Positions 8,921 through 18,194 are shown, numbered from the stretch's first letter. The stretch is DNA of 32,903 nt from a virus (IMGVR_UViG_2778261576_000007), one strand, 5' to 3'. Program-made: numbers and translations. The notes: a model not told the origin generated them from the sequence alone.

Positions 8921-8942
8921 AAAAAAGCCGCCCGCAGGCGGC
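8921..8942 (-). terminator. Rho-independent terminator of the P-Q operon
   Basis: On the minus strand: GCCGCC-UGCG-GGCGGC followed by UUUUUU, immediately after the Q stop codon. Confidence 0.7.
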
Positions 8943-8947
8943 GATGT

Positions 8948-9982
8948 TCAGCCGTTGTCTGTGTCCAGTGAGTAGTTTTTAAAGCGGATGACCTCCTGAC
9001 CGAGCCAGCCGTTTATTTCCCGAATCCTGTCCTGTAACGGGATAAGCTCATTGCGGACAAAGACCTTTGCCACTTTCTCAATATCACCCAGCGACCCGAC
9101 GTTCTCCGGCTTGCCGCCCATCAACTGAAAGGGGATGCGGTGCGCGTCCAGCAGGTCAGCGGCGCTGGCTTTTTTGATATTAAAAAAATCGTCCTTCGTT
9201 GCCACTTCACTGAGCGGGATAATTTTAATGCCGTCAGCTTTCCCCTGCGGGGCATAGAGAAACAGATTTTTAAAGTTGTTGCGGCCTTTTGACTTCACCA
9301 TGTTTTCGCGAAGCATTTCGATATCGTTGCGATCCTGCACGGCATCGGTGACGTACATGATGTATCCGGCATGAGCGCCGTTTTCGTAATACTTGCGGCG
9401 GAACAGCGTGGCTGACTCATTCAGCCAGGCAGAGTTAAGGGCGCTGAGATATTCCGGAAGGCCGTACAGCTCCTGATTAATATCCGGCTCCAGCAGGTGA
9501 AACACGGAGCCGGGCGCGAAGGCTGTCGGCTCGTTGAAGGACGGCACCCACCAGTAAACATCCTCCTCCACGCCACGACGGGTATATTTGGCCGGTGAGG
9601 TTTCCAGTCTGATGACCTTACCGGTGGTGCTGTAACGCTTTTCCAGAAACGCATTACCGAACACCAGAAAATCCAGCACAAAGCGGCTGAAATCCTGTTG
9701 CGAAAGCCACGGATGCGGGATAAATGTCGAGGCCAGAATATTGCGTTTAACGTAAATCGGTGAGCTGTGATGCACGGCAGCACGCAGGCTTTTCGCCAGA
9801 CCGGTAAAGCTGACCGGTGGCTCATACCATCTGCCGTTACTGATGCACTCGACGTAATCCAGAATGTCACGGCGGTCGAGTACCGGCACCGGCTCGCCAA
9901 AGGTGAATGCTTCCATTTTCGGGGAGCTGGCGGTCATTTTTTTTGCCGCAGGTTGCGGTGTTTTCCCTTTTTTCTTGCTCAT
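8948..9982 (-). CDS. Q: Portal protein Q (344 aa)
   Basis: Size and position after the terminase; start overlaps the P stop (TGATG). Confidence 0.9.
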   Translation of the reverse strand: MSKKKGKTPQPAAKKMTASSPKMEAFTFGEPVPVLDRRDILDYVECISNGRWYEPPVSFTGLAKSLRAAVHHSSPIYVKRNILASTFIPHPWLSQQDFSRFVLDFLVFGNAFLEKRYSTTGKVIRLETSPAKYTRRGVEEDVYWWVPSFNEPTAFAPGSVFHLLEPDINQELYGLPEYLSALNSAWLNESATLFRRKYYENGAHAGYIMYVTDAVQDRNDIEMLRENMVKSKGRNNFKNLFLYAPQGKADGIKIIPLSEVATKDDFFNIKKASAADLLDAHRIPFQLMGGKPENVGSLGDIEKVAKVFVRNELIPLQDRIREINGWLGQEVIRFKNYSLDTDNG

Positions 9983-11754
9983 CAGTAAAACTCCAGAATG
10001 GTGGATGTCAGCGGAGTGCTGATACCGGCGGTGAGTGGCTCATTTAACAGGGCGTGCATGGTCGCCCAGGCGAGGTCGGCGTGGCTGGCTTCCTCGCTGC
10101 GGCTGGCCTCATAGGTGGCGCTGCGTCCGCTGCTGGTCATGGTCTTGCGGATAGCCATAAACGAGCTGGTGATGTCGGTGGCGCTGACGTCATATTCCAG
10201 ACAGCCTCGGCGGATAACGTCTTTTGCCTTGAGCACCATTGCGGTTTTCATTTCCGGCGTGTAGCGGATATCGCGCGCGGCGGGATAGAACGAGCGCACG
10301 AGCTGGAACACGCCGACACCGAGGCCGGTGGCATCAATACCGATGTATTCAACGTTATATTTTTCGGTGAGTTTGCGGATGGATTCAGCCTGGGTGGCAA
10401 AGTCCATGCCTTTCCACTGGTGACGCTCAAGTATTCTGAATTTGCCACCGGCCACCACCGGCGGTGCCAGCACCACGCATCCGGCGCTGTCGCCACGGTG
10501 TGACGGGTCGTAACCAATCCATACCGGGCGGGAGCCGAACGGATTGGCGGCAAATGGTGCATAATCTTCCCATTCTTCCAGCGTGTCGACCATGCAGCGT
10601 TGCAGCTCCTCGAACGGGAATACCGACGCTTTGTCGTCAACAAATTCACACATGAACAGGTTTTTAAAATCGTCGGCGCTGTTTTCGCGTTTAAGCTGCT
10701 CAATGTCGAACAGCGTGCAGCCGCCTTTCAGCGCGTCCTCAATGGTGACAATCTGCCGCCACTGACCGTCCGCACAGAGAAGCCCACCGGCAAGGGCGTT
10801 ATGACTGACGTCGATTTCCACGCGTTCGGTGGCGCTGGCGCGTCCCCGGTTGAACAGTTCACCCGACCAGAACGGGTAGGCGTCGTGCGCCAGCGTGGAC
10901 GGGGTGGAGAAATAGGTCGAGCGCAGGTGACTCTGTGAGGCCATACCTGATGCCACCTTACGCAGTACCTGAAAATTCGGGATCCAGAAAATCTCGTCGA
11001 CGTACAGGTCGCCGTTATGGCTCTGTGCGGTGTTGGAGTTGGTGCCGAGAAAAATCAGTTTTGCGCCGTTATTGCCCAGGACAATCGGGTCACCAGTCAG
11101 TTCAACGTCAACCAGCCGGGCAAAGGCGATGATGTATTCGCGGAACACATACGCCTGTGTTTTACTGGCCGACAGAAAAATCTGGTTATGGCCGGTTTTC
11201 AGGGCGCGCAGCAGCGCCTCACGGGAAAAATAAAACGTCGCGCCAATCTGACGGGATTTCAGGATATCGCGGATGCGGTGCTCAAGCCCGGCGCGATACC
11301 AGTGCAACTGATAGTCGAAAGACTGCTCAAAGAAAATCTGCTCCAGCTTTTCGATAGCCTCGTCACTGAAAAAATTCTTTTTCGGTTTGCGCCGCCCGCC
11401 TTTGTTGCGGTTAGCAACGTTCGGATTAAGGTCTGCCTCGTTGCCGGTCTGACTGTAACGGTTGACCCGTGCCAGTCGTTCAATCTGGCGTCCGAGCAGG
11501 TCAATTTCCTTGAAGTCACCGCCGGTTTTCTGCGGTTTGATGATGAGCTGGGTCAGCCGCGCTTCCAGACTCATTTCGACACGGCTGATGGGGGCAACGC
11601 TGTCCCAGCCGTCGCGCTGTTTCCAGCTCTGCACCGTCGGGCGTTTCATCTGCAACATGGCGGCAATCTGCGGCACGGAAAACCCCTGCCAGTACAGCAG
11701 CGCCGCCTGACGACGCGGGTCGTGTAAAAGAGTGGTGTCTGTGGTGATGGTCAT
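9982..11754 (-). CDS. P: Terminase large (ATPase) subunit P (590 aa)
   Basis: The preferred start is the ATG at 11754 (MTITTDTTLL...), divergent from O. The track ORF begins at an upstream TTG at 11784. Confidence 0.9.
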   Translation of the reverse strand: MTITTDTTLLHDPRRQAALLYWQGFSVPQIAAMLQMKRPTVQSWKQRDGWDSVAPISRVEMSLEARLTQLIIKPQKTGGDFKEIDLLGRQIERLARVNRYSQTGNEADLNPNVANRNKGGRRKPKKNFFSDEAIEKLEQIFFEQSFDYQLHWYRAGLEHRIRDILKSRQIGATFYFSREALLRALKTGHNQIFLSASKTQAYVFREYIIAFARLVDVELTGDPIVLGNNGAKLIFLGTNSNTAQSHNGDLYVDEIFWIPNFQVLRKVASGMASQSHLRSTYFSTPSTLAHDAYPFWSGELFNRGRASATERVEIDVSHNALAGGLLCADGQWRQIVTIEDALKGGCTLFDIEQLKRENSADDFKNLFMCEFVDDKASVFPFEELQRCMVDTLEEWEDYAPFAANPFGSRPVWIGYDPSHRGDSAGCVVLAPPVVAGGKFRILERHQWKGMDFATQAESIRKLTEKYNVEYIGIDATGLGVGVFQLVRSFYPAARDIRYTPEMKTAMVLKAKDVIRRGCLEYDVSATDITSSFMAIRKTMTSSGRSATYEASRSEEASHADLAWATMHALLNEPLTAGISTPLTSTILEFY

Positions 11755-11927
11755 GAATACCTCGCCGTGATGAATACACGGCAAGGCTACTGAGTCGCGC
11801 CCCGCGATTCGCTAAGGTGCTGTTGTGTCAGTGATAAGCCATCCGGGACTGATGGCGGAGGATGCGCATCGTCGGGAAACTGATGCCGACATGTGACTCC
11901 TCTAATCACTATTCAGGACTCCTGACA
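11755..11927. promoter_or_regulatory. Divergent late promoter region (P leftward, O rightward), presumably Ogr-dependent
   Basis: 173-bp intergenic region between divergently transcribed late operons. Contains a partial dyad TGTGACTCCTCTAATCACT near 11892-11910. No specific promoter elements were assigned. Confidence 0.45.
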
Positions 11928-12782
11928 ATGGCAAAAAAAGCATCAAAATTCTTTCGTATCGGCGTTGAGGGTGACACCTGTGACGGGCGTGTCATCAGTG
12001 CGCAGGATATTCAGGAAATGGCCGAAACCTTTGACCCGCGCGTCTATGGTTGCCGCATTAACCTGGAACATCTGCGCGGCATCCTGCCTGACGGTATTTT
12101 TAAGCGTTATGGCGATGTGGTCGAACTGAAGGCCGAAAAGATTGACGATGATTCGGCGCTGAAAGGCAAATGGGCGCTGTTTGCGAAAATCACCCCGACC
12201 GATGACCTTATCGCGATGAACAAGGCCGCGCAGAAGGTCTATACCTCAATGGAAATTCAGCCGAACTTTGCCAATACAGGCAAATGTTATCTGGTGGGTC
12301 TGGCCGTCACCGATGACCCGGCAAGCCTCGGCACGGAATACCTGGAATTCTGCCGCACGGCAAAACACAACCCTCTGAACCGCTTCAAATTAAGCCCTGA
12401 AAATCTGATTTCAGTGGCAACGCCTGTTGAGCTGGAATTTGAAGACCTGCCTGAAACCGTGTTCACCGCCCTGACCGAAAAGGTGAAATCCATTTTTGGC
12501 CGCAAACAGGCCAGCGATGACGCTCGTCTGAATGACGTGCATGACGCGGTGACCGCTGTCGCTGAGCATGTGCAGGAAAAACTGAGCGCCACTGAGCAGC
12601 GCCTTGCTGAGATGGAAACCGCCTTTTCCGCACTTAAGCAGGATGTGACTGACAGGGCGGATGAAACCAGTCAGGCATTCACCCGCCTGAAAAACAGTCT
12701 CGACCACACCGAAAGTCTGACTCAGCAGCGCCGCAGCAAAGCCACCGGCGGTGGCGGTGACGCCCTGATGACGAACTGCTGA
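11928..12782 (+). CDS. O: Capsid scaffolding protein O (284 aa)
   Basis: ATG at 11928 (MAKKASKFFRIGVEG...) is preceded by AGGA. The track ORF starts further upstream at 11862. Confidence 0.9.
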   Translation: MAKKASKFFRIGVEGDTCDGRVISAQDIQEMAETFDPRVYGCRINLEHLRGILPDGIFKRYGDVVELKAEKIDDDSALKGKWALFAKITPTDDLIAMNKAAQKVYTSMEIQPNFANTGKCYLVGLAVTDDPASLGTEYLEFCRTAKHNPLNRFKLSPENLISVATPVELEFEDLPETVFTALTEKVKSIFGRKQASDDARLNDVHDAVTAVAEHVQEKLSATEQRLAEMETAFSALKQDVTDRADETSQAFTRLKNSLDHTESLTQQRRSKATGGGGDALMTNC

Positions 12783-12840
12783 CCGGCGTCAGTCAGTCCG
12801 GAAAAACCTTCACGATTAACCCTTAATTTCAGGAAAAACT

Positions 12841-13914
12841 ATGCGCCAGGAAACCCGCTTTAAATTTAATGCCTACCTGTCCCGTGTTGCCGAACTGAAC
12901 GGCATCGACGCCGGTGATGTGTCGAAAAAATTCACCGTTGAACCGTCGGTCACCCAGACCCTGATGAACACCATGCAGGAGTCCTCTGACTTTCTGACCC
13001 GCATCAACATTGTGCCGGTCAGCGAAATGAAAGGGGAAAAAATTGGTATTGGTGTCACCGGCTCCATCGCCAGCACCACCGACACCGCCGGTGGCACCGA
13101 GCGTCAGCCGAAGGACTTCTCGAAGCTGGCGTCAAACAAGTACGAATGCGACCAGATTAACTTCGATTTTTATATCCGCTACAAAACGCTGGACCTGTGG
13201 GCGCGTTATCAGGATTTCCAGCTCCGTATCCGTAACGCCATTATCAAACGCCAGTCCCTTGATTTCATCATGGCCGGTTTTAACGGCGTGAAGCGTGCCG
13301 AAACCTCTGACCGCAGCAGCAATCCGATGCTGCAGGATGTGGCGGTCGGCTGGCTGCAGAAATACCGCAATGAAGCCCCGGCGCGCGTGATGAGCAAGGT
13401 CACTGACGAGGAAGGGCACACCACCTCTGAGGTCATCCGCGTGGGTAAGGGCGGTGATTATGCCAGCCTTGATGCACTGGTGATGGATGCGACCAACAAC
13501 CTGATTGAGCCGTGGTATCAGGAAGACCCTGACCTTGTGGTGATTGTGGGACGTCAGCTACTGGCGGACAAGTATTTTCCCATCGTCAACAAGGAGCAGG
13601 ACAACAGCGAAATGCTGGCCGCTGACGTCATCATCAGCCAGAAACGCATCGGCAACCTGCCAGCGGTACGCGTCCCGTACTTCCCGGCGGATGCGATGCT
13701 CATCACGAAGCTGGAAAACCTGTCCATCTACTACATGGATGACAGCCATCGCCGCGTGATTGAGGAAAACCCGAAACTCGACCGCGTGGAGAACTACGAG
13801 TCAATGAACATTGATTACGTGGTGGAGGACTACGCCGCCGGTTGTCTGGTGGAAAAAATTAAGGTCGGTGATTTCTCCACACCGGCTAAAGCGACCGCAG
13901 AGCCGGGAGCGTAA
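12841..13914 (+). CDS. N: Major capsid protein N (357 aa)
   Basis: Position after O; size; RBS AGGAAAAAC. Confidence 0.92.
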   Translation: MRQETRFKFNAYLSRVAELNGIDAGDVSKKFTVEPSVTQTLMNTMQESSDFLTRINIVPVSEMKGEKIGIGVTGSIASTTDTAGGTERQPKDFSKLASNKYECDQINFDFYIRYKTLDLWARYQDFQLRIRNAIIKRQSLDFIMAGFNGVKRAETSDRSSNPMLQDVAVGWLQKYRNEAPARVMSKVTDEEGHTTSEVIRVGKGGDYASLDALVMDATNNLIEPWYQEDPDLVVIVGRQLLADKYFPIVNKEQDNSEMLAADVIISQKRIGNLPAVRVPYFPADAMLITKLENLSIYYMDDSHRRVIEENPKLDRVENYESMNIDYVVEDYAAGCLVEKIKVGDFSTPAKATAEPGA

Positions 13915-13917
13915 CCG

Positions 13918-14661
13918 ATGACGAGTCCCGCACAGCGCCACATGATGCGGGTCTCGGCAGCGATGACCGCGCAGCGGGAAGCCGCCCCGCTGCGACATGC
14001 AACTGTCTATGAGCAGATGCTGGTCAAGCTGGCCGCAGACCAGCGCACACTGAAAGCGATTTATTCAAAAGAGCTGAAGGCCGCGAAAAAACGCGAACTG
14101 CTGCCGTTCTGGTTGCCGTGGGTGAACGGCGTGCTGGAGCAGGGCAAAGGTGCACAGGATGACATTCTGATGACGGTCATGCTGTGGCGTCTGGATACCG
14201 GCGATATTGCCGGTGCGCTGGAGATTGCCCGTTATGCCCTGAAGTACGGTCTGACCATGCCGGGTAAACACCGCCGCACCCCGCCGTACATGTTCACCGA
14301 GGAGGTGGCGCTCGCGGCCATGCGTGCTCACGCTGCCGGTGAGTCTGTGGATACCCGCCTGCTGACGGAGACCCTTGAACTGACCGCCACGGCTGACATG
14401 CCTGATGAAGTGCGCGCAAAGCTGCACAAAATCACCGGTCTGTTTCTGCGTGATGGTGGTGATGCCGCCGGTGCGCTGGCTCACCTGCAACGTGCGACAC
14501 AGCTCGACTGTCAGGCAGGCGTCAAAAAAGAGATTGAACGACTGGAGCGGGAGCTGAAACCGAAGCCGGAGCCGCAGCCCAAAGCGGCCACCCGTACCCC
14601 GCGTAAGACCCGGAGCGTGACACCGGCAAAACGTGGACGCCCGAAAAAGAAAGCCAGTTAA
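13918..14661 (+). CDS. M: Terminase small (endonuclease) subunit M (247 aa)
   Basis: Position after N; basic Lys/Arg/Pro-rich C-terminus. Confidence 0.88.
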   Translation: MTSPAQRHMMRVSAAMTAQREAAPLRHATVYEQMLVKLAADQRTLKAIYSKELKAAKKRELLPFWLPWVNGVLEQGKGAQDDILMTVMLWRLDTGDIAGALEIARYALKYGLTMPGKHRRTPPYMFTEEVALAAMRAHAAGESVDTRLLTETLELTATADMPDEVRAKLHKITGLFLRDGGDAAGALAHLQRATQLDCQAGVKKEIERLERELKPKPEPQPKAATRTPRKTRSVTPAKRGRPKKKAS

Positions 14662-14760
14662 CAACCGAATGCGCCCCGCGCCAGGGCGGCACGCCGGTCA
14701 GTGAGGGTGAATCACCTGACGCTGTACCGGCGTCCACCGCCCGACTTTTCAGAGGTAGTC

Positions 14761-15270
14761 ATGATGACGCTGATTATTCCGCGAAAGGAGGCTCCCGTGT
14801 CCGGTGAGGGTACGGTGGTCATCCCGCAACCGGCAGGCGACGAGCCGGTGATTAAAAACACGTTCTTTTTTCCCGATATCGACCCGAAGCGCGTCCGGGA
14901 ACGTATGCGCCTTGAGCAGACCGTCGCCCCCGCCCGTCTGCGTGAGGCCATCAAGTCAGGCATGGCGGAGACGAATGCGGAGCTGTACGAGTACCGCGAA
15001 CAGAAAATTGCCGCCGGTTTTACGCGTCTGGCGGACGTTCCGGCGGACGACATCGACGGTGAAAGCATCAAAGTTTTTTACTACGAGCGCGCCGTGTGTG
15101 CGATGGCGACCGCGTCGCTTTATGAGCGTTACCGCGGCGTGGATGCCAGTGCGAAAGGCGACAAGAAGGCCGACAGCATTGACAGCACCATTGATGAGCT
15201 GTGGCGGGATATGCGCTGGGCGGTGGCGCGTATCCAGGGCAAGCCGCGCTGCATCGTGAGTCAAATCTGA
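14761..15270 (+). CDS. L: Head completion / stabilisation protein L (169 aa)
   Basis: The preferred start is the ATG at 14761 (MMTLIIPRKE...). The track ORF extends upstream to 14701. Confidence 0.85.
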   Translation: MMTLIIPRKEAPVSGEGTVVIPQPAGDEPVIKNTFFFPDIDPKRVRERMRLEQTVAPARLREAIKSGMAETNAELYEYREQKIAAGFTRLADVPADDIDGESIKVFYYERAVCAMATASLYERYRGVDASAKGDKKADSIDSTIDELWRDMRWAVARIQGKPRCIVSQI

Positions 15271-15473
15271 TGAAGACCTTTGCGCTACAGGGCGACACGC
15301 TCGACGCCATTTGTGTCCGGTATTACGGGCGCACTGAGGGCGTGGTTGAGACCGTGCTCGCCGCAAATCCGGGACTGGCTGAACTGGGCGCGGTGCTGCC
15401 GCACGGCACCGCCGTCGAACTGCCCGACGTTCAGACCGCGCCCGTGGCTGAAACTGTCAATCTGTGGGAGTAA
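15270..15473 (+). CDS. X: Tail protein X (67 aa)
   Basis: ATG at 15270 overlaps the L stop (TGATG): MKTFALQGDTLDAICVRYYG... Confidence 0.85.
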   Translation: MKTFALQGDTLDAICVRYYGRTEGVVETVLAANPGLAELGAVLPHGTAVELPDVQTAPVAETVNLWE

Positions 15474-15476
15474 CGC

Positions 15477-15758
15477 ATGACAGCAGAAGAAAAAAGCGTC
15501 CTGTCGCTTTTCATGATTGGGGTGCTGATTGTTGTCGGCAAGGTGCTTGCCGGTGGTGAACCCATCACCCCGCGTCTGTTTATCGGGCGCATGTTGCTCG
15601 GTGGTTTTGTCTCGATGGTTGCCGGTGTTGTTCTGGTGCAGTTTCCTGACCTGTCACTGCCTGCGGTGTGCGGCATCGGCTCCATGCTGGGTATCGCCGG
15701 TTATCAGGTGATTGAGATTGCCATTCAGCGCCGCTTTAAGGGCAGGGGGAAACCGTAA
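15477..15758 (+). CDS. Y: Holin Y (93 aa)
   Basis: Small membrane protein with hydrophobic helices, placed directly before the endolysin. Confidence 0.88.
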   Translation: MTAEEKSVLSLFMIGVLIVVGKVLAGGEPITPRLFIGRMLLGGFVSMVAGVVLVQFPDLSLPAVCGIGSMLGIAGYQVIEIAIQRRFKGRGKP

Positions 15759-16255
15759 TGCCGGTAATTAACACGCATCAGAATATCGCCGCCTTTCTCG
15801 ACATGCTGGCCGTGTCCGAAGGGACGGCGAACCATCCGCTGACGAAAAACCGGGGCTATGACGTGATAGTCACCGGACTGGACGGAAAGCCGGAAATTTT
15901 CACCGACTACAGTGACCACCCGTTCGCGCATGGCCGACCGGCGAAGGTGTTTAACCGTCGCGGTGAAAAATCCACGGCCTCCGGTCGCTATCAGCAGCTT
16001 TACCTGTTCTGGCCGCATTACCGCAAACAGCTTGCCCTGCCGGATTTCAGTCCGTTGTCACAGGACAGGCTCGCCATTCAGTTGATCCGCGAACGCGGTG
16101 CGCTGGATGACATCCGGGCGGGGCGCATTGAGCGCGCCATTTCACGCTGTCGCAATATCTGGGCGTCCCTGCCGGGTGCCGGTTACGGTCAGCGTGAGCA
16201 TTCACTGGAAAAACTGGTCACCGTCTGGCGTACCGCTGGCGGCGTACCGGCTTAA
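15758..16255 (+). CDS. K: Endolysin K (lambda R-like lytic transglycosylase, 165 aa)
   Basis: Segments LDMLAVSEGT ... GYDVIVTG ... FTDYSDHP ... IWASLPGAGYGQ resemble lambda R. Confidence 0.9.
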   Translation: MPVINTHQNIAAFLDMLAVSEGTANHPLTKNRGYDVIVTGLDGKPEIFTDYSDHPFAHGRPAKVFNRRGEKSTASGRYQQLYLFWPHYRKQLALPDFSPLSQDRLAIQLIRERGALDDIRAGRIERAISRCRNIWASLPGAGYGQREHSLEKLVTVWRTAGGVPA

Positions 16256-16269
16256 ACGGAGTAAACACC

Positions 16270-16695
16270 ATGAAGAAATTATCCCTTTCACTGATGCTGA
16301 ACGTGTCGCTGGCGCTGATGCTTGCACTGTCCCTGATTTACCCGCAGAGCGTGACCGTCAGTTTTGTCGCTGCCTGGGCGATTCTGGCGACGGTTATCTG
16401 TGTGGTTGCCGGTGGTGTCGGCGTTTATGCCACTGAGTATGTGCTGGAACGCTACGGGCGGGAGCTGCCACCGGAGTCGCTGGCCGTGAAGATTGTCACG
16501 TCGCTGTTTTTGCAGCCGGTGCCGTGGTGCAGACGGGCAGTGGCTCTGGTGGTGATGGTGGCGACATTTATCTCGCTGGTCGCTGCCGGGTGGATTTTTA
16601 CTGCGCTGATTTACCTCGTGGCGTCGGTGTTCTTCCGGCTGATACGTACGGCCTGCCGTCAGCGTTTTGAGGGGCGGGAACCATGTCAAAGCTGA
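16270..16695 (+). CDS. lysA: Lysis-timing membrane protein LysA (141 aa)
   Basis: Polytopic hydrophobic protein following K. Confidence 0.8.
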   Translation: MKKLSLSLMLNVSLALMLALSLIYPQSVTVSFVAAWAILATVICVVAGGVGVYATEYVLERYGRELPPESLAVKIVTSLFLQPVPWCRRAVALVVMVATFISLVAAGWIFTALIYLVASVFFRLIRTACRQRFEGREPCQS

Positions 16696-17108
16696 TGATT
16701 GTGCTGGTCGTGTTGTTATCGCTGGCGGTGGCGGGGCTGTTTCTGGCGAAGCATGAAAACGCCAGCCTGCGCGCCTCGCTGGACAGGGCGAACAACGTCG
16801 CCAGCGGGCAGCAGACGACCATCACCATGCTGAAAAATCAGCTTCATGTTGCCCTCACCAGAGCAGACAAAAACGAGCTGGCGCAGGTGGCACTGCGTCA
16901 GGAACTGGAGAACGCCGCGAAGCGTGAAGCACAGCGCGAGAAAACCATCACGAGGTTACTCAATGAAAACGAAGATTTTCGCCGCTGGTACGGCGCTGAC
17001 CTGCCTGATGCTGTGCGCCGGTTGCACCAGCGTCCGGCCTGCACTGACGCCAGTGATTGTCCACAACGCCTGCCCGAAAGTGAGTCTTTGCCCGATGCCG
17101 GGCAGTGA
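16683..17108 (+). CDS. lysB: LysB, Rz-like inner-membrane spanin (141 aa)
   Basis: N-terminal transmembrane helix followed by a coiled-coil-like periplasmic domain; overlaps lysA. Confidence 0.8.
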   Translation: MSKLMIVLVVLLSLAVAGLFLAKHENASLRASLDRANNVASGQQTTITMLKNQLHVALTRADKNELAQVALRQELENAAKREAQREKTITRLLNENEDFRRWYGADLPDAVRRLHQRPACTDASDCPQRLPESESLPDAGQ

Positions 17109-17253
17109 CCCGGAGACGAACGGCGATTTAAGTGCCGATATCCGGCAGCTTGAGAACGCGCTGGCACGCTGTGCCAGCCAGGTAAAAATGATTAAACACT
17201 GTCAGGACGAAAACGATGCTCAAACCCGACAGCCTGCGCAGGGCGCTGACTGA
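16963..17253 (+). CDS. lysC: LysC, Rz1-like outer-membrane lipoprotein spanin (96 aa)
   Basis: ATG at 16963 in an alternative frame inside lysB. Signal peptide with lipobox (LMLCAGCTS). The track ORF is a longer no-stop extension from 16846. Confidence 0.75.
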   Translation: MKTKIFAAGTALTCLMLCAGCTSVRPALTPVIVHNACPKVSLCPMPGSDPETNGDLSADIRQLENALARCASQVKMIKHCQDENDAQTRQPAQGAD

Positions 17254-17683
17254 TGCCGTCACGGTGCTGAAAACCAGTCCAGAGATGCTGCGGATATTCG
17301 TGGATAACGGGAGTATTGCCTCCACACTGGCGACGTCGTTGTCATTCGAAAAGCGTTACACGCTCAATGTGATTGTGACCGACTTTACCGGTGATTTTGA
17401 CCTGCTCATCGTGCCGGTGCTGGCATGGCTGCGGGAAAATCAGCCCGACATCATGACCACCGACGAAGGCCAGAAAAAGGGCTTCACGTTTTATGCAGAC
17501 ATCAACAATGACAGCAGCTTTGATATCAGTATCAGCCTGATGCTGACCGAGCGCACGCTGGTCAGTGAGGTGGACGGCGCGCTGCATGTGAAGAATATCC
17601 CGGAACCTCCGCCGCCGGAGCCGGTCACCCGCCCGATGGAGCTGTATATCAATGGCGAACTCGTGAGTAAGTGGGATGAATGA
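17216..17683 (+). CDS. R: Tail completion protein R (155 aa)
   Basis: Synteny and size. Confidence 0.85.
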   Translation: MLKPDSLRRALTDAVTVLKTSPEMLRIFVDNGSIASTLATSLSFEKRYTLNVIVTDFTGDFDLLIVPVLAWLRENQPDIMTTDEGQKKGFTFYADINNDSSFDISISLMLTERTLVSEVDGALHVKNIPEPPPPEPVTRPMELYINGELVSKWDE

Positions 17684-18128
17684 GTTTAAGCGTTTTGAAG
17701 ACCGGCTGACCGGACTGATTGAGTCGCTGTCACCGTCAGGGCGTCGGCGACTGAGTGCCGAACTGGCGAAACGTCTGCGGCAGAGTCAGCAGCGCCGGGT
17801 GATGGCACAGAAAGCCCCGGATGGCACACCCTATGCGCCACGCCAGCAGCAGAGCGCCAGAAAAAAGACCGGTCGCGTTAAGCGAAAAATGTTTGCGAAA
17901 CTTATCACCAGTCGTTTTTTGCATATCCGCGCCAGCCCGGAACAGGCATCAATGGAATTTTACGGCGGGAAGTCACCGAAAATCGCCAGTGTGCATCAGT
18001 TCGGTCTGTCGGAAGAAAACCGGAAAGACGGTAAGAAAATTGATTATCCGGCGCGTCCTCTGCTCGGCTTTACCGGTGAGGATGTGCAGATGATTGAAGA
18101 GATTATCCTTGCTCACCTCGACCGTTAG
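17676..18128 (+). CDS. S: Tail completion protein S (150 aa)
   Basis: Synteny and size. Confidence 0.85.
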   Translation: MNEFKRFEDRLTGLIESLSPSGRRRLSAELAKRLRQSQQRRVMAQKAPDGTPYAPRQQQSARKKTGRVKRKMFAKLITSRFLHIRASPEQASMEFYGGKSPKIASVHQFGLSEENRKDGKKIDYPARPLLGFTGEDVQMIEEIILAHLDR

Positions 18129-18194
18129 TTGTGCCATTCCTGACACCTCATCGTCACATTGCCGCCGGTATGACCCGGCGGCATCCTTCCCGTT
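18129..18194 (+). promoter_or_regulatory. Putative late promoter region upstream of V, containing a GC-rich hairpin
   Basis: Intergenic region between S and V with TGTG..ACAC elements at about 18130-18147 and a perfect inverted repeat GCCGCCGG-N6-CCGGCGGC at 18161-18182. Confidence 0.35.

Noticed and set aside
5853-8947. Canonical type III restriction-modification system, with the helicase-nuclease as a Res subunit
   Set aside because: No methyltransferase (Mod) gene is present on either side within the island, so it cannot be a complete type III R-M. The Res-like architecture is recorded as an analogy only.
9421-11779. Many 60-240-aa ORFs antisense to or frame-shifted within Q and P (for example 9421..9900, 10054..10503, 11017..11727)
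   Set aside because: They lie entirely within well-supported phage genes. They are Arg/Ala/Gly-rich, as expected for GC-rich open frames, and none has start-site support.
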